Shown in pieces: positions 1 through 11,127 of a stretch of DNA of 64,000 nucleotides (positions within the stretch are counted from its first letter, which is position 1; each line of letters opens with the position of its first letter). The notes under the pieces were generated by a model. The model ran no database searches. It was not told the DNA's origin and saw only the letters and a program-made list of their open reading frames with translations. The position numbers were made by a program, and so were the translations under genes. This stretch comes from Macrostomum hystrix (taxonomy: Eukaryota > Animalia > Platyhelminthes), in contig CATNEN010000003.1 in assembly GCA_950097015.1 (NCBI GenBank), positions 12,958,001-13,022,000 of the forward strand. Direction: 5' to 3'.

Positions 1-220
1 ATGTACCTCTCCCCTTCTCAATGTACCTCTACCTTCTCATTGTACCTCTCCCCTTCTCAATGTACCTCTCCCCTTCTCACTGTACCTCTACCCTTCTCAC
101 TGTACCTCTCCCCTTCTCACTGTACCTCTCCCCTTCTCACTGTACCTCTACCTTCTCACTGTACCTCTCCCCTTCTCACTGTACCTCTCCCCTTCTCACT
201 GTACCTCTCCCCTTCTCATC
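1..220. repeat. 20-bp minisatellite (TGTACCTCTCCCCTTCTCAC)n, runs off the window start
   Basis: About 11 tandem copies visible directly. Confidence 0.95.
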
Positions 221-661
221 AGGTCAATGTAAAACTTTTACTTCATAGTCTGGACTTGTCTCTAAATACATATAAAATGTTGTGACGACGGTAAGTAACT
301 AAAATCAATAAATCCCGAGCCATTCGCATGCATTGTAATGTACGGCTTAATTTAATGCATAAATTACAAGTATATATACTGTATACTATATAGTAATAAG
401 TCTGGTTTTGTACTTAATCAAGTCTGGGCATAGCGGTTTCAAATTAATCAAAGAAATTTAATTAACTCCAGCGAACGTGCGGAGAAAAATTTATCACTTT
501 GCTTCCACTCTTTGCCCGAACTCTCAAATGAAAACAAAAAAAATAGTTAGGCCCTAAGCCTGTACTTCGTAAAGTTACTTGCAGTCATAGTGAATCAGTA
601 GCTTAGACTGAATGATAAATAACTGTACTCTGTACTCACACACTCCACTCCCTCAGGACTC

Positions 662-1161
662 ATGCAGCCACTCCCTCAGGCACCATTCAGCCACTCCCTC
701 AGGCACCATTCAGCCACTCCCTCAGGCACCATTCAGCCACTCCCTCAGGCACCATTCAGCCACTCCCTCAGGCACCATTCAGCCACTCCCTCAGGCACCA
801 TTCAGCCACTCCCTCAGGCACCATTCAGCCACTCCCTCAGGCACCATTCAGCCACTCCCTCAGGCACCATTCAGCCACTCCCTCAGGCACCATTCAGCCA
901 CTCCCTCAGGCACCATTCAGCCACTCCCTCAGACCATTCAGCCACTCCCTCAGGCCATTCAGCCACTCCCTCAGGCCATTCAGCCACTCCCTCAGGCACC
1001 ATTCAGCCACTCCCTCAGGCCATTCAGCCACTCCCTCAGGCCATTCAGCCACTCCCTCAGGCACCATTCAGCCACTCCCACAGGCACCATTCAGCCACTC
1101 CCTCAGGCACCATTCAGCCACTCCCTCAGGCCATTCAGCCACTCCCTCAGGCACCATTCAG
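662..1161. repeat. 23-bp minisatellite (CAGCCACTCCCTCAGGCACCATT)n with 21-bp variants
   Basis: Direct tandem copies; ORFs 612..1178 and 662..1165 are repeat artefacts. Confidence 0.95.
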
Positions 1162-2713
1162 TTAAAAAGCCGAAATAGCCAATAGCCAAAAAACTTAAAT
1201 CGAGGAACTTCGTGCCATTCGAACCGCTTGACCTCACAATGCACCGAGAACTTTGTTAGCTATCCTGCCAATGAACCACTTTCTTGGCCTCTTTTGTTAT
1301 CATCGTTTGCCGTCCTTAGGGTTTTTTAATGCCTTTTAAGACTTCAAGCTGCTAAATGCTACAACGAAAAGACATGCGAAAAACATTTTAGCTGAAGAAA
1401 AGTCATAAGTCATAACTCTACTTCAGACCCACTATCTTAGTAGCCTTTGGTTTATTTTAAAAATCCTTATTTAGCACCTTTCATGTAGGTTGCACAATAC
1501 ACACGCCCACGCAGATGCTTTCAATTTCAATGAACGGAGAAGAGAAATGATGCCTCGCAAAATAAATAATTGTAGAATCGATCGCATAGTGCGTCGCGTA
1601 GTCAATGACACTGGGGCAAACTTCTTTTCCAACTAACAAAATACCGAAAAAAGCAATAAACTTAAATAGAGGAAATAGTGTATTACGCTCGTATAACATT
1701 TTTCTGTTCGTGGGTAGGGCCATAAAAATCTCGATAGAAAAGAGAGGACCAAAGTTACCCTCGGCTGGCCGGCAGACCAAAGAAAGACTTTTATGACACC
1801 TATCGACTTTAACCTTAGCTGTTTAGCCAAAGCTTCACTGGACTTGAATAGAATTTGGGGGGTTGTAAAAACCCTCACCCCCGCCCCACGCTGTGCTGGT
1901 CTTCTACCCCGTCTGGGGGGGCACTTATACAGCTGAAATTAGGGAGAGGGGTGGGTGGTTTTGAGGCTGTAAAAATTCCCCGGCAGGCCGGCCCGAACGA
2001 ACATTGACAAGCCTCCAAGCCATAACACCCGCTAAGCACAGTTTGAGGTTGTAAAACTCACCCACCCCCTCCTCTCCACAAGCTAAAACACAACCCACTG
2101 CCCGACCTCTTCCTTTCTCGGATTTTTTTGACATCAAAAGCGGCTTGGCCGGCCCATGCTCATTATAAATGCGCCCAAAAAGGCCCTCCCCCAGAGCAAT
2201 GATTTACTACGCAACAGCGAACACAGTCAAGCGGCGGTTTTAAAAGTCGGTGCGGATACTATAAATTTATTGTCGGTTACCGGTTACTGGGCTTTAGTTT
2301 AAGCTGCATTTCTTCAGTTTCTTTTCTACAACCGGAGGAAGACATGTGCCTTTTAGAGATTCCACTTTAAAAGTCAGCAGTGTATTTCCTTTCTTATCGA
2401 TTTTACTGGAACTTTTTGCCTGCCTTTTTCATTTGGCCATTCGCGAATTGTAGGGATAATTGAAGAAACATTTAGTTTCTAATTAAGTTAGGCTCTTTGA
2501 CTGGCAGACTGCGACACTGTGTCTACTTAAGTATGCTTTTATGCATAATCAGTTCTACAGATGATCGGAATTAAAATAATAAACAATGCCCGCATTTCAC
2601 ACTAACCAACTTCACACTAGATGGATAGCGGATACCCGTATCTAAAAGTATCTAACCGTGTAGGAATGTGATATTTTAAACACAACCTACAACCACCTAG
2701 CTATACCTACTTA

Positions 2714-2920
2714 GGGATTGTAGCCTATTGTGGTTGGAGCGTCGGACATGTAGGTCGGGGGTTCGATTCCCAACTCCACTGAAGCAATCTGTACGCAAGA
2801 CACTTAACTCTACATTGCTTAAGTAAGTTCAGTTCCCCTGCTGTTAAATTAGTAATTGAGGGTTGCGTGTGGCATCCCCCCAGTCCAAGGACTGAACAGG
2901 CGTACTCAGCCTTCAGATGA
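2714..2920 (+). mobile_element. tRNA-derived SINE, family A (CORE-like central domain)
   Basis: A box TAGCCTATTGTGG, B box GGTTCGATTCC, then CAAGACACTTAAC..TTGCTT..GTTCAGTT..TGTTAAAT; aligns by eye with the copy at 50536-50765. Confidence 0.75.
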
Positions 2921-2924
2921 ATAT

Positions 2925-4105
2925 AGAGGATCGATATCAGCTGACACACTGCATGACCCAATGGATACAGAGGATCGATATCAGCTGACACACTGCATGA
3001 CCCAATGGATACAGAGGATCGATATCAGCTGACACACTGCATGACCCAATGGATACAGAGGATCGATATCAGCTGACACACTGCATGACCCAATGGATAC
3101 AGAGGATCGATATCAGCTGACACACTGCATGACCCAATGGATATAGAGGATCGATATCAGCTGACACACTGCATGACCCAATGGATATAGAGGATCGATA
3201 TCAACTGACACACTGCATGACCCAATGGATATAGAGGATCGATATCAGCTGACACACTGCATGACCCAATGGATACAGAGGATCGATATCAACTGACACA
3301 CTGCATGACCCAATGGATACAGAGGATCGATATCAACTGACACACTGCATGACCCAATGGATACAGAGGATCGATATCAGCTGACACACTGCATGACCCA
3401 ATGGATACAGAGGATCGATATCAGCTGACACACTGCATGACCCAATGGATATAGAGGATCGATATCAGCTGACACACTGCATGACCCAATGGATATAGAG
3501 GATCGATATCAACTGACACACTGCATGACCCAATGGATATAGAGGATCGATATCAGCTGACACACTGCATGACCCAATGGATACAGAGGATCGATATCAA
3601 CTGACACACTGCATGACCCAATGGATACAGAGGATCGATATCAACTGACACACTGCATGACCCAATGGATACAGAGGATCGATATCAACTGACACACTGC
3701 ATGACCCAATGGATACAGAGGATCGATATCAACTGACACACTGCATGACCCAATGGATATAGAGGATCGATATCAACTGACACACTGCATGACCCAATGG
3801 ATATAGAGGATCGATATCAACTGACACACTGCATGACCCAATGGATACAGAGGATCGATATCAACTGACACACTGCATGACCCAATGGATACAGAGGATC
3901 GATATCAGCTGACACACTGCATGACCCAATGGATACAGAGGATCGATATCAACTGACACACTGCATGACCCAATGGATACAGAGGATCGATATCAACTGA
4001 CACACTGCATGACCCAATGGATACAGAGGATCGATATCAACTGACACACTGCAAGACCCAATGGATATAGAGGATCGATATCAACTGACACACTGTATGA
4101 CCCAT
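2925..4105. repeat. 44-bp tandem repeat (AGAGGATCGATATCARCTGACACACTGCATGACCCAATGGATAY), ~27 copies
   Basis: Period 44 (unit starts at 2925, 2969, ...); begins directly at the end of the SINE body. Confidence 0.95.
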
Positions 4106-4643
4106 ATGAGTGGATATCATAGGATAATATCCCATTTTACTCTAATTAAGATTAATTGAAAATGCTTTGTCACATTGACTGCCGACTCACAGGGAAAAAC
4201 TTTAATTTCCAACTTTAAAAAAATCCCACATCATTCTGCTTATTCTCATAAGTTAGAATACATGGCCCGTAAGGATAGCCTGGCATTGTAGTGTTGTATT
4301 ATATGTAGATGTTTTATTACCAGCAATACGCATTGTACAATATTCTGGCTGTGGCTCAGGTAACGTTGTAAATTTTCAAAACCTAATGTGCAGTTTATTG
4401 CCGACCGACCGCTGTTTGCAAATATTCTTTCCTAATGTATAAAATTATATGACCATGTGTTTTATGGCTCTCAATACCTGCAGTAGCTGCAATTAGAAGC
4501 TTTACTTATCGCTTAAGACTGTCCAAAAAATTATTAATGCACCATACCTGGACAAAAACACGGATAGTGCAATCGTTTCGTGCAATCGATTTAAAAAATA
4601 AACAGTTTTGTTAGAAAGCTAAATATATATTCCATGTTTTACT

Positions 4644-5135
4644 TGAAGCTTGTGTTTAACCCTGAAGCTTGTGTTTATCTCTGAAGCTTGTGTTTATCCC
4701 TGAAGCTTGTGTTTATCCCTGAAGCTTGTGTTTATCCCTGAAGCTTGTGTTTAACCCTGAAGCTTGTGTTTATCCCTGAAGCTTGTGTTTATCCCTGAAG
4801 CTTGTGTTTATCCCTGAAGCTTGTGTTTATCCCTGAAGCTTGTGTTTATCTCCGAAGCTTGTGCTTATCCCTGAAGCTTGTGTTTATCCCTGAAGCTTGT
4901 GTTTATCTCCGAAGCTTGTGCTTATCCCTGAAGCTTGTGTTTATCCCTGAAGCTTGTGTTTATCTCCGAAGCTTGTGTTTATCCCTGAAGCTTGTGCTTA
5001 TCTCTGAAGCTTGTGTTTATCCCTGAAGCTTGTGTTTATCCCTGAAGCTTGTGTTTATCCCTGAAGCTTGTGTTTATCCCTGAAGTTTGTGTTTATCCCT
5101 GAAGCTTGTGTTTATCTCCGAAGCTTGTGTTTGTC
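4644..5135. repeat. 19-bp minisatellite (GAAGCTTGTGTTTATCCCT)n
   Basis: Direct tandem copies. Confidence 0.95.
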
Positions 5136-5241
5136 CATCTAGCTTGCATTTATCCCTGAATCTTGTTCAAAATGTTTATTTCATTAGAAAGCTGAATAAA
5201 TTATCTGTACTTTATAGCTGAAGCTTGTGCGTCTACGTGTT

Positions 5242-5995
5242 TCATCTCTCTGGTGTCTCATCTCTCTGGTGTCTCATCTCTCTGGTGTCTCATCTCTCTG
5301 GTGTCTCATCTCTCTGGTGTCTCATCTCTCTGGTGTCTCATCTCTCTGGTGTCTCATCTCTCTGGTGTCTCATCTCTCTGGTGTCTCATCTCTCTGGTGT
5401 CTCATCTCTCTGGTGTCTCATCTCTCTGGTGTCTCATCTCTCTGGTGTCTCATCTCTCTGGTGTCTCATCTCTCTGGTGTCTCATCTCTCTGGTGTCTCA
5501 TCTCTCTGGTGTCTCATCTCTCTGGTGTCTCATCTCTCTGGTGTCTCATCTCTCTGGTGTCTCATCTCTCTGGTGTCTCATCTCTCTGGTGTCTCATCTC
5601 TCTGGTGTCTCATCTCTCTGGTGTCTCATCTCTCTGGTGTCTCATCTCTCTGGTGTCTCATCTCTCTGGTGTCTCATCTCTCTGGTGTCTCATCTCTCTG
5701 GTGTCTCATCTCTCTGGTGTCTCATCTCTCTGGTGTCTCATCTCTCTGGTGTCTCATCTCTCTGGTGTCTCATCTCTCTGGTGTCTCATCTCTCTGGTGT
5801 CTCATCTCTCTGGTGTCTCATCTCTCTGGTGTCTCATCTCTCTGGTGTCTCATCTCTCTGGTGTCTCATCTCTCTGGTGTCTCATCTCTCTGGTGTCTCA
5901 TCTCTCTGGTGTCTCATCTCTCTGGTGTCTCATCTCTCTGGTGTCTCCTCTCCTTGGTGTCTCATCTCTCTGTCATGGTGTCTCATCTCTCTGCT
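5242..5995. repeat. 16-bp minisatellite (TCTCATCTCTCTGGTG)n, nearly homogeneous
   Basis: Period 16; continues into a minus-strand hAT MITE remnant. Confidence 0.95.
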
Positions 5996-6080
5996 GTCTC
6001 ATCTCTCCTTTATCGCATATTTCTACAGTCAATGCGGTCCGCTGTCGTCTGTAAGGTTCTCACTTTGGCCCGCTAGCTAA
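5995..6080 (-). mobile_element. Degenerate fragment of the hAT MITE family
   Basis: 6000-6078 is a diverged reverse complement of ~9640-9720 (CTACAGTCAATGCGGTCCGCTGTCGTC vs CTACAGTTAATGCGGCCCGCTGTCGTC). Confidence 0.8.
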
Positions 6081-9000
6081 GTAGTTATTAAGCTACATAA
6101 CAGGCAGATAAAATTTTCAAGAAACGAAAGAGTTATTTCTTTTTTTTCCCGCAGTAATTAGCTAAAAATCATAACTAAAATGATTTACTTTGTGTCGTTG
6201 CGTTTTTGTGGGAATCTGGGAATTGTGGGAATAATAAAAATGATGACAGGAACTCTTAAGGTATAATCCTCAGTTTTTTGCTTTCTACTTTACACGGAAC
6301 TTTCGAGAACTATATAAGAATCTGAGCTGAAAAATTCTCACCATTTATTGGGGGATTATTCTGAATTCTGAACTGACCTTCGTCCTTGGGCTATTGAGTT
6401 GTGGTAATCTGTCATCGACATCCAAATAATATTATTTTCCTCATTTTGTGATGTGTTATGTCGGTAATAGCACGATGGAAGCAAAATAATTCTCCCAATT
6501 CCCAAATGGGAGATTCGGGCGTGGATGCAGTAAAAAGGGGAAGGATTTCTCGGCCCCAAAAGGCTTTGAATTATTTTTTGACTTAGGATTACCATATCCT
6601 GGGCCATTCCTATTTTTTCCTAAAAAAATAACACGCTATTTGCTAGACATACCGGACGCTTATAAATAATATATATTCAATCTATTCAGTTTGGGATATT
6701 CGAAATATATTATAGATCTGTGAAGACTGAGTTTACAAGTTACATATTGTAACTTCTATTTGTTGTACTTACAAGAAACTCCTTACTTATTGAAGAATAC
6801 CCGTGAAGGCTTTTTATAAGCATCAATAATATAAAAGAGTAACGAACATGCAAATAAAATGTCAGAAAATTCTAGTTAGATTTACCTTGCGCCATTCCGC
6901 TATCGATCAGCGTATTTGTAGCGTTGTTTGCCCCAGCCTTGATAACATTCTGCTGGTTGCCATTGTCAATCAGCTCTTTCCAGTTAGCAGGCGCCATTGT
7001 ACCTGTTTCGCAGGAGCTTTGATGTCAGCCTCCTATCTGTTGCTATTTCTATACCTTTTTGACTCTATGGCAGTTAGTTGAAGCTTCGCTTGGCCTCTGT
7101 CGGCATCTTTGATGATAATTTATACAGCTTACCATATCTAAATCTGTTGTAAAATTGTTTCACAGTCTTCTATGAAAGCATTTCTATTGGTTCGCATGCA
7201 AATTTCTAGGTCCTAATCTAAGGAAGAAAGCTATCGCGATGATCTTATTGGTCCTTAGCTCTATTGTGACACAAGAAATGTAAATAAGCATTTAACTAAT
7301 CAATCTACTGCGATAAAGTAGTATACCAAGCAAATAATAGCTAAAAAATAACACGAGTAATATTGTTCTCTGTTGCATGCGATAAAAGACACGATTGGTT
7401 ACGGGTCTCAGGGTCTGAATCTCGCACTGAATATTCCGATATCGTATGCGTTGTCATGGAGAATATACTACGATGGGCTTGTCTCCCGTGGAGGCAAACA
7501 CCGAAAAACACAGAGAAAGTGTTCACACACTGTCTGATCAATGATGAGAAAGTCAGGACAGGTTCCGTGAGCCTGCTGATACATTCTTAATTTTCCGTAG
7601 TTCAGAAAATTAGGCGGAATAGCCACCTTTTACTGTCTTCGAAAAGATACTACGTCGATTATTTGTGTCGACGGCTATTACATCGTGAACGATGATAAAC
7701 TCGGGGGAGCTGCCGACGAATTGCAAACTAAAAAAATGCAATCAAAAGCAAAAGTCCTCAATCAAAAGCATGTGTGCGTTGCAGTATACAATTTACAGAC
7801 AACGCTGCAATACACGTACTGCACTGCAATTTCATGTTGTAAAGTTTAAACATTTATTAGGTCAATTGTCTCTAAAACCACATTTCATTTCAATTCCTAC
7901 GAGTCTTACAGATTCCTGAGACGGTAAAGAAAGAAAAATGAAACCCTTTTGTGGAAAATGAAATGTGAGCAATGTCAACAGAGATTTTTTATGCGGTGTA
8001 GGAATTTGACAAAGTCACGACAAAAGCTTTCAAGATTAAAAAACTCGATCTGCCTTATTTTCTTCGATAGCACATAGCGGGTGACGAGTGGCTGTAGCAT
8101 TTTTTTCTTTTCATTATTTAACTTCGTTATTGCACAAGACGACCTAATAAATAGGCCTACTTATCAAAGTTCGATCGACGGCTTTATTAAGCCTACTAAT
8201 AATTAATTCTTCATATTTAATATTGTGCTAGTAATCACCTACTTATATAGGCCTATATATATACAGTAGAGATAGTAAGGAATAGGCTAGGCCATACTGT
8301 GTCTAGACCTAGAGCCAGGGTAGCATGTATTATGGTTCAATAGACATATAAAATACAGGGAATTTCCTACATGGGCCATGGTCAAAGAAAGTTGTAATGT
8401 ATGTCAGAGCTGAGATGTACTAGCTATGGTATTTTGCTATTTAAAAAATAATTCTTTTTTTAGCAGCTTTTTGTTTGTTAAAAACATTTATGTGTAAATG
8501 TAAAGTGAGAGTCGCAATGACCGACGCGCACACAAGCATGGAGACAGGGGAGAGAAGGCAGACGTCATGAAGAATTTTCTTTCCAGTTGGAAGGTGCATT
8601 TAAAATCAAAAACAAAAAGAGCTAAATGTAGGTGACAAGACAGAAGAAGACACTTTTATGAACATTCTAGAATTTTAGAATAATTTGTAATTATAACTAC
8701 TAATACTAATCATGCATATTTGTATTAGCAAAAAGTAATGGCATGGCATTGTAGTGTTGGTGTTGGCATTGGCATAATCTGCATGTAGCAAGTTTGGCAG
8801 TCACTTTTAAATAGAAGTGTTGGAAGCATGTGAATAACAAGAAATGATTGACAAATATCCAAATAATTGTTTATATATCAAGGCTTATATAGGCCCCTAG
8901 TTTATAATTTTTCTCAAATGGTGGTAGTGTCTCTTTTAATCTATGAACATGCGATGTCTCCCACTCTTAGGCCTACAATAATTTAGCTTTTACTTGCCTA

Positions 9001-9620
9001 TAGGCCTATGACTAGGCCTATATGGTTCCTAGTCAGTTTGTCATCTGCTTTTTTGTCATATTTACTTTTGTCTCCAGCTTTTCAGATTGTACACTTTCTT
9101 ATCCAGCCAATTTGCAAATCTCAAAGTTACAGTTTGGTCAGTTCATCAACCATCAATAGAAACTAGTGTTGACTTGATTTATAATTGTCAATGTATATAG
9201 GATAGGCCTAGGCATATAGAAAACTGAGTTCAAACTGTGAGGTTCTAGTTCAAGGAGATCACAAATGTTTAAATTTATTTATTTAAATTCATAGAGTTTA
9301 AATTCATACCATAAAAAGAAAAGTGATTGTTATGATGTGGTATAGTTAGTTGCTATGCTTGTAGATAGACTAGGAAAATCTTGCTAAGTAATGAATTAAA
9401 TAACAAAGAAAACTACTAGGCTTCTGATTATTGAGATAGTCAATTCAAAACTCAAATTTCAAAATTTGAAATTTGCACAAAGCACAAAGACAGCAATTAA
9501 ACAATTGGTGGCATCAGTTTGCCATGTACCCTGCCTTAAATAATAGAGATGACAAAGTGTCTACAAGTCTTGGTCACTGTTATCTACCCTCTTATACCCT
9601 GGACATTTTATCATCTAGAT

Positions 9621-10001
9621 CAGGGGTCGGCAAACTTTTTAGCGAGCGGGCCACGGAGAGAACCTATAGGACGACAGCGGGCCGCATTAACTGTAGGAAT
9701 ATGAGAAAGGGGAGAGATGACACACAGGATAGATGAGAAATAGGAGAGATGAGAAATGGGAGAGATGAGACACCAGATAGACGAGACAGGGGAGGGATGA
9801 GCCAGAGATGAGAATAGATAAGACTGGAAAAAGACGGGAGACACGGCAGAGATGAGACAGGGGAGAGATAATTAGACACAGGACAGATAAGACACTGGAG
9901 AGATGAGACAGGATACTATAGGTGGTGGAAGGGGCAACGTGCCAGATTTAGGGGCTTCGAGGGCTGCATCTGGCCCGCGGGCCGGAGTTTGCCGACCCCT
10001 G
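9621..10001 (+). mobile_element. Non-autonomous hAT (Charlie/Buster-type) MITE, 381 bp, complete
   Basis: TIRs CAGGGGTCGGCAAACT / AGTTTGCCGACCCCTG; perfect 8-bp TSD ATCTAGAT at 9613-9620 and 10002-10009 (nTCTAGAn target); GAGATGAGACA-rich interior. Confidence 0.93.
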
Positions 10002-11127
10002 ATCTAGATGACACAAAGCAGACAAAAAAGTGTCCAGGAACCTGACTCTACTAGGAATAGGCCTACCACACACTATTGGCCCTGAAAGTGCCATTTAAAC
10101 CCATCTTTGCTAGACCTAGCAATTTATCACTATAGTAGCCTCTCATTATCTACTATGAGTGAAACACTATCTAAAGCTCTGTTGGTAGGCCCTATCCTTT
10201 ACACCATTCATCAAGCATGTCATGTATCAAAGGGATCAAAGATTTGTTTACTTTCATATCACCTCTAATTATGTAGGCCGACTGAAGAAAAAAAAAACAC
10301 AATAAATATAAACACTAGGCCTAGGAACATTTCAAGATTAGCTACTAATGAGTAATGATAGTCTTAGTATGTTCTTTCGCATAGTGCACATAGGCTCATT
10401 TTCTCAACATCTCAGAGTTGATCTGTTTTTTAAACATATTAATTGTAATAATTAAAATGCAAGAACACACTTTTAACGTGTTTGACATTAGTTCACAATT
10501 ATACTCTTATTACAAACTGCTACATTATTGATTTTAGTTATACTTTGTTTATATATGTTCAAAGTAACTTCAGATATGGCAGTTGCAATGCCTTGTCAAA
10601 AAGCCACTGAAGGAATTTAGATGATCATGTCCTAAGAATCTGTTCAGAGCCATATTTTTTTTAATTACCTTAATTATTCCATGTAAGCAAAAGTAGTAGG
10701 TCTTAAACTCAAAAGATTGTAGATTAACATCTCCATCTAACCTATGCTTGTGTATATTATTTATATATTTGTCCTAATGTATATGATTGAAAAATACTGC
10801 TGTACTTTTTAAGTTTTTTAAGAGCTATAATACAAACAATAGTTTTTTAGCTCGTAATATTTTTTGTGGCAACTTAACTTGCATGAACATGAAATGTTTC
10901 ATATTTATTTATTTTATATCGGGATAAAAAAATTGGCTCTTTGCTAGACATTAAAAAAACGTTACTATGGTTTGATTTATAACTTTCTCACAAAAAATTA
11001 TTTGTTATGCGGCACTTTTCAGAGTTACAAGTGAAATTTTTCGCTGTGAAGGATTTACTCTGAAGACTATAATTTTTTACATGCCACATATTCGAACTCA
11101 TCTACTGAACAGTAGTCAAGTTAGTAC

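Noticed and set aside
1481-1878. Short overlapping ORFs (63-99 aa)
   Set aside because: No recognisable protein features or consistent splice structure.
2925-4105. CRISPR-like regular repeats
   Set aside because: Head-to-tail units without unique spacers, no cas genes, eukaryotic context.
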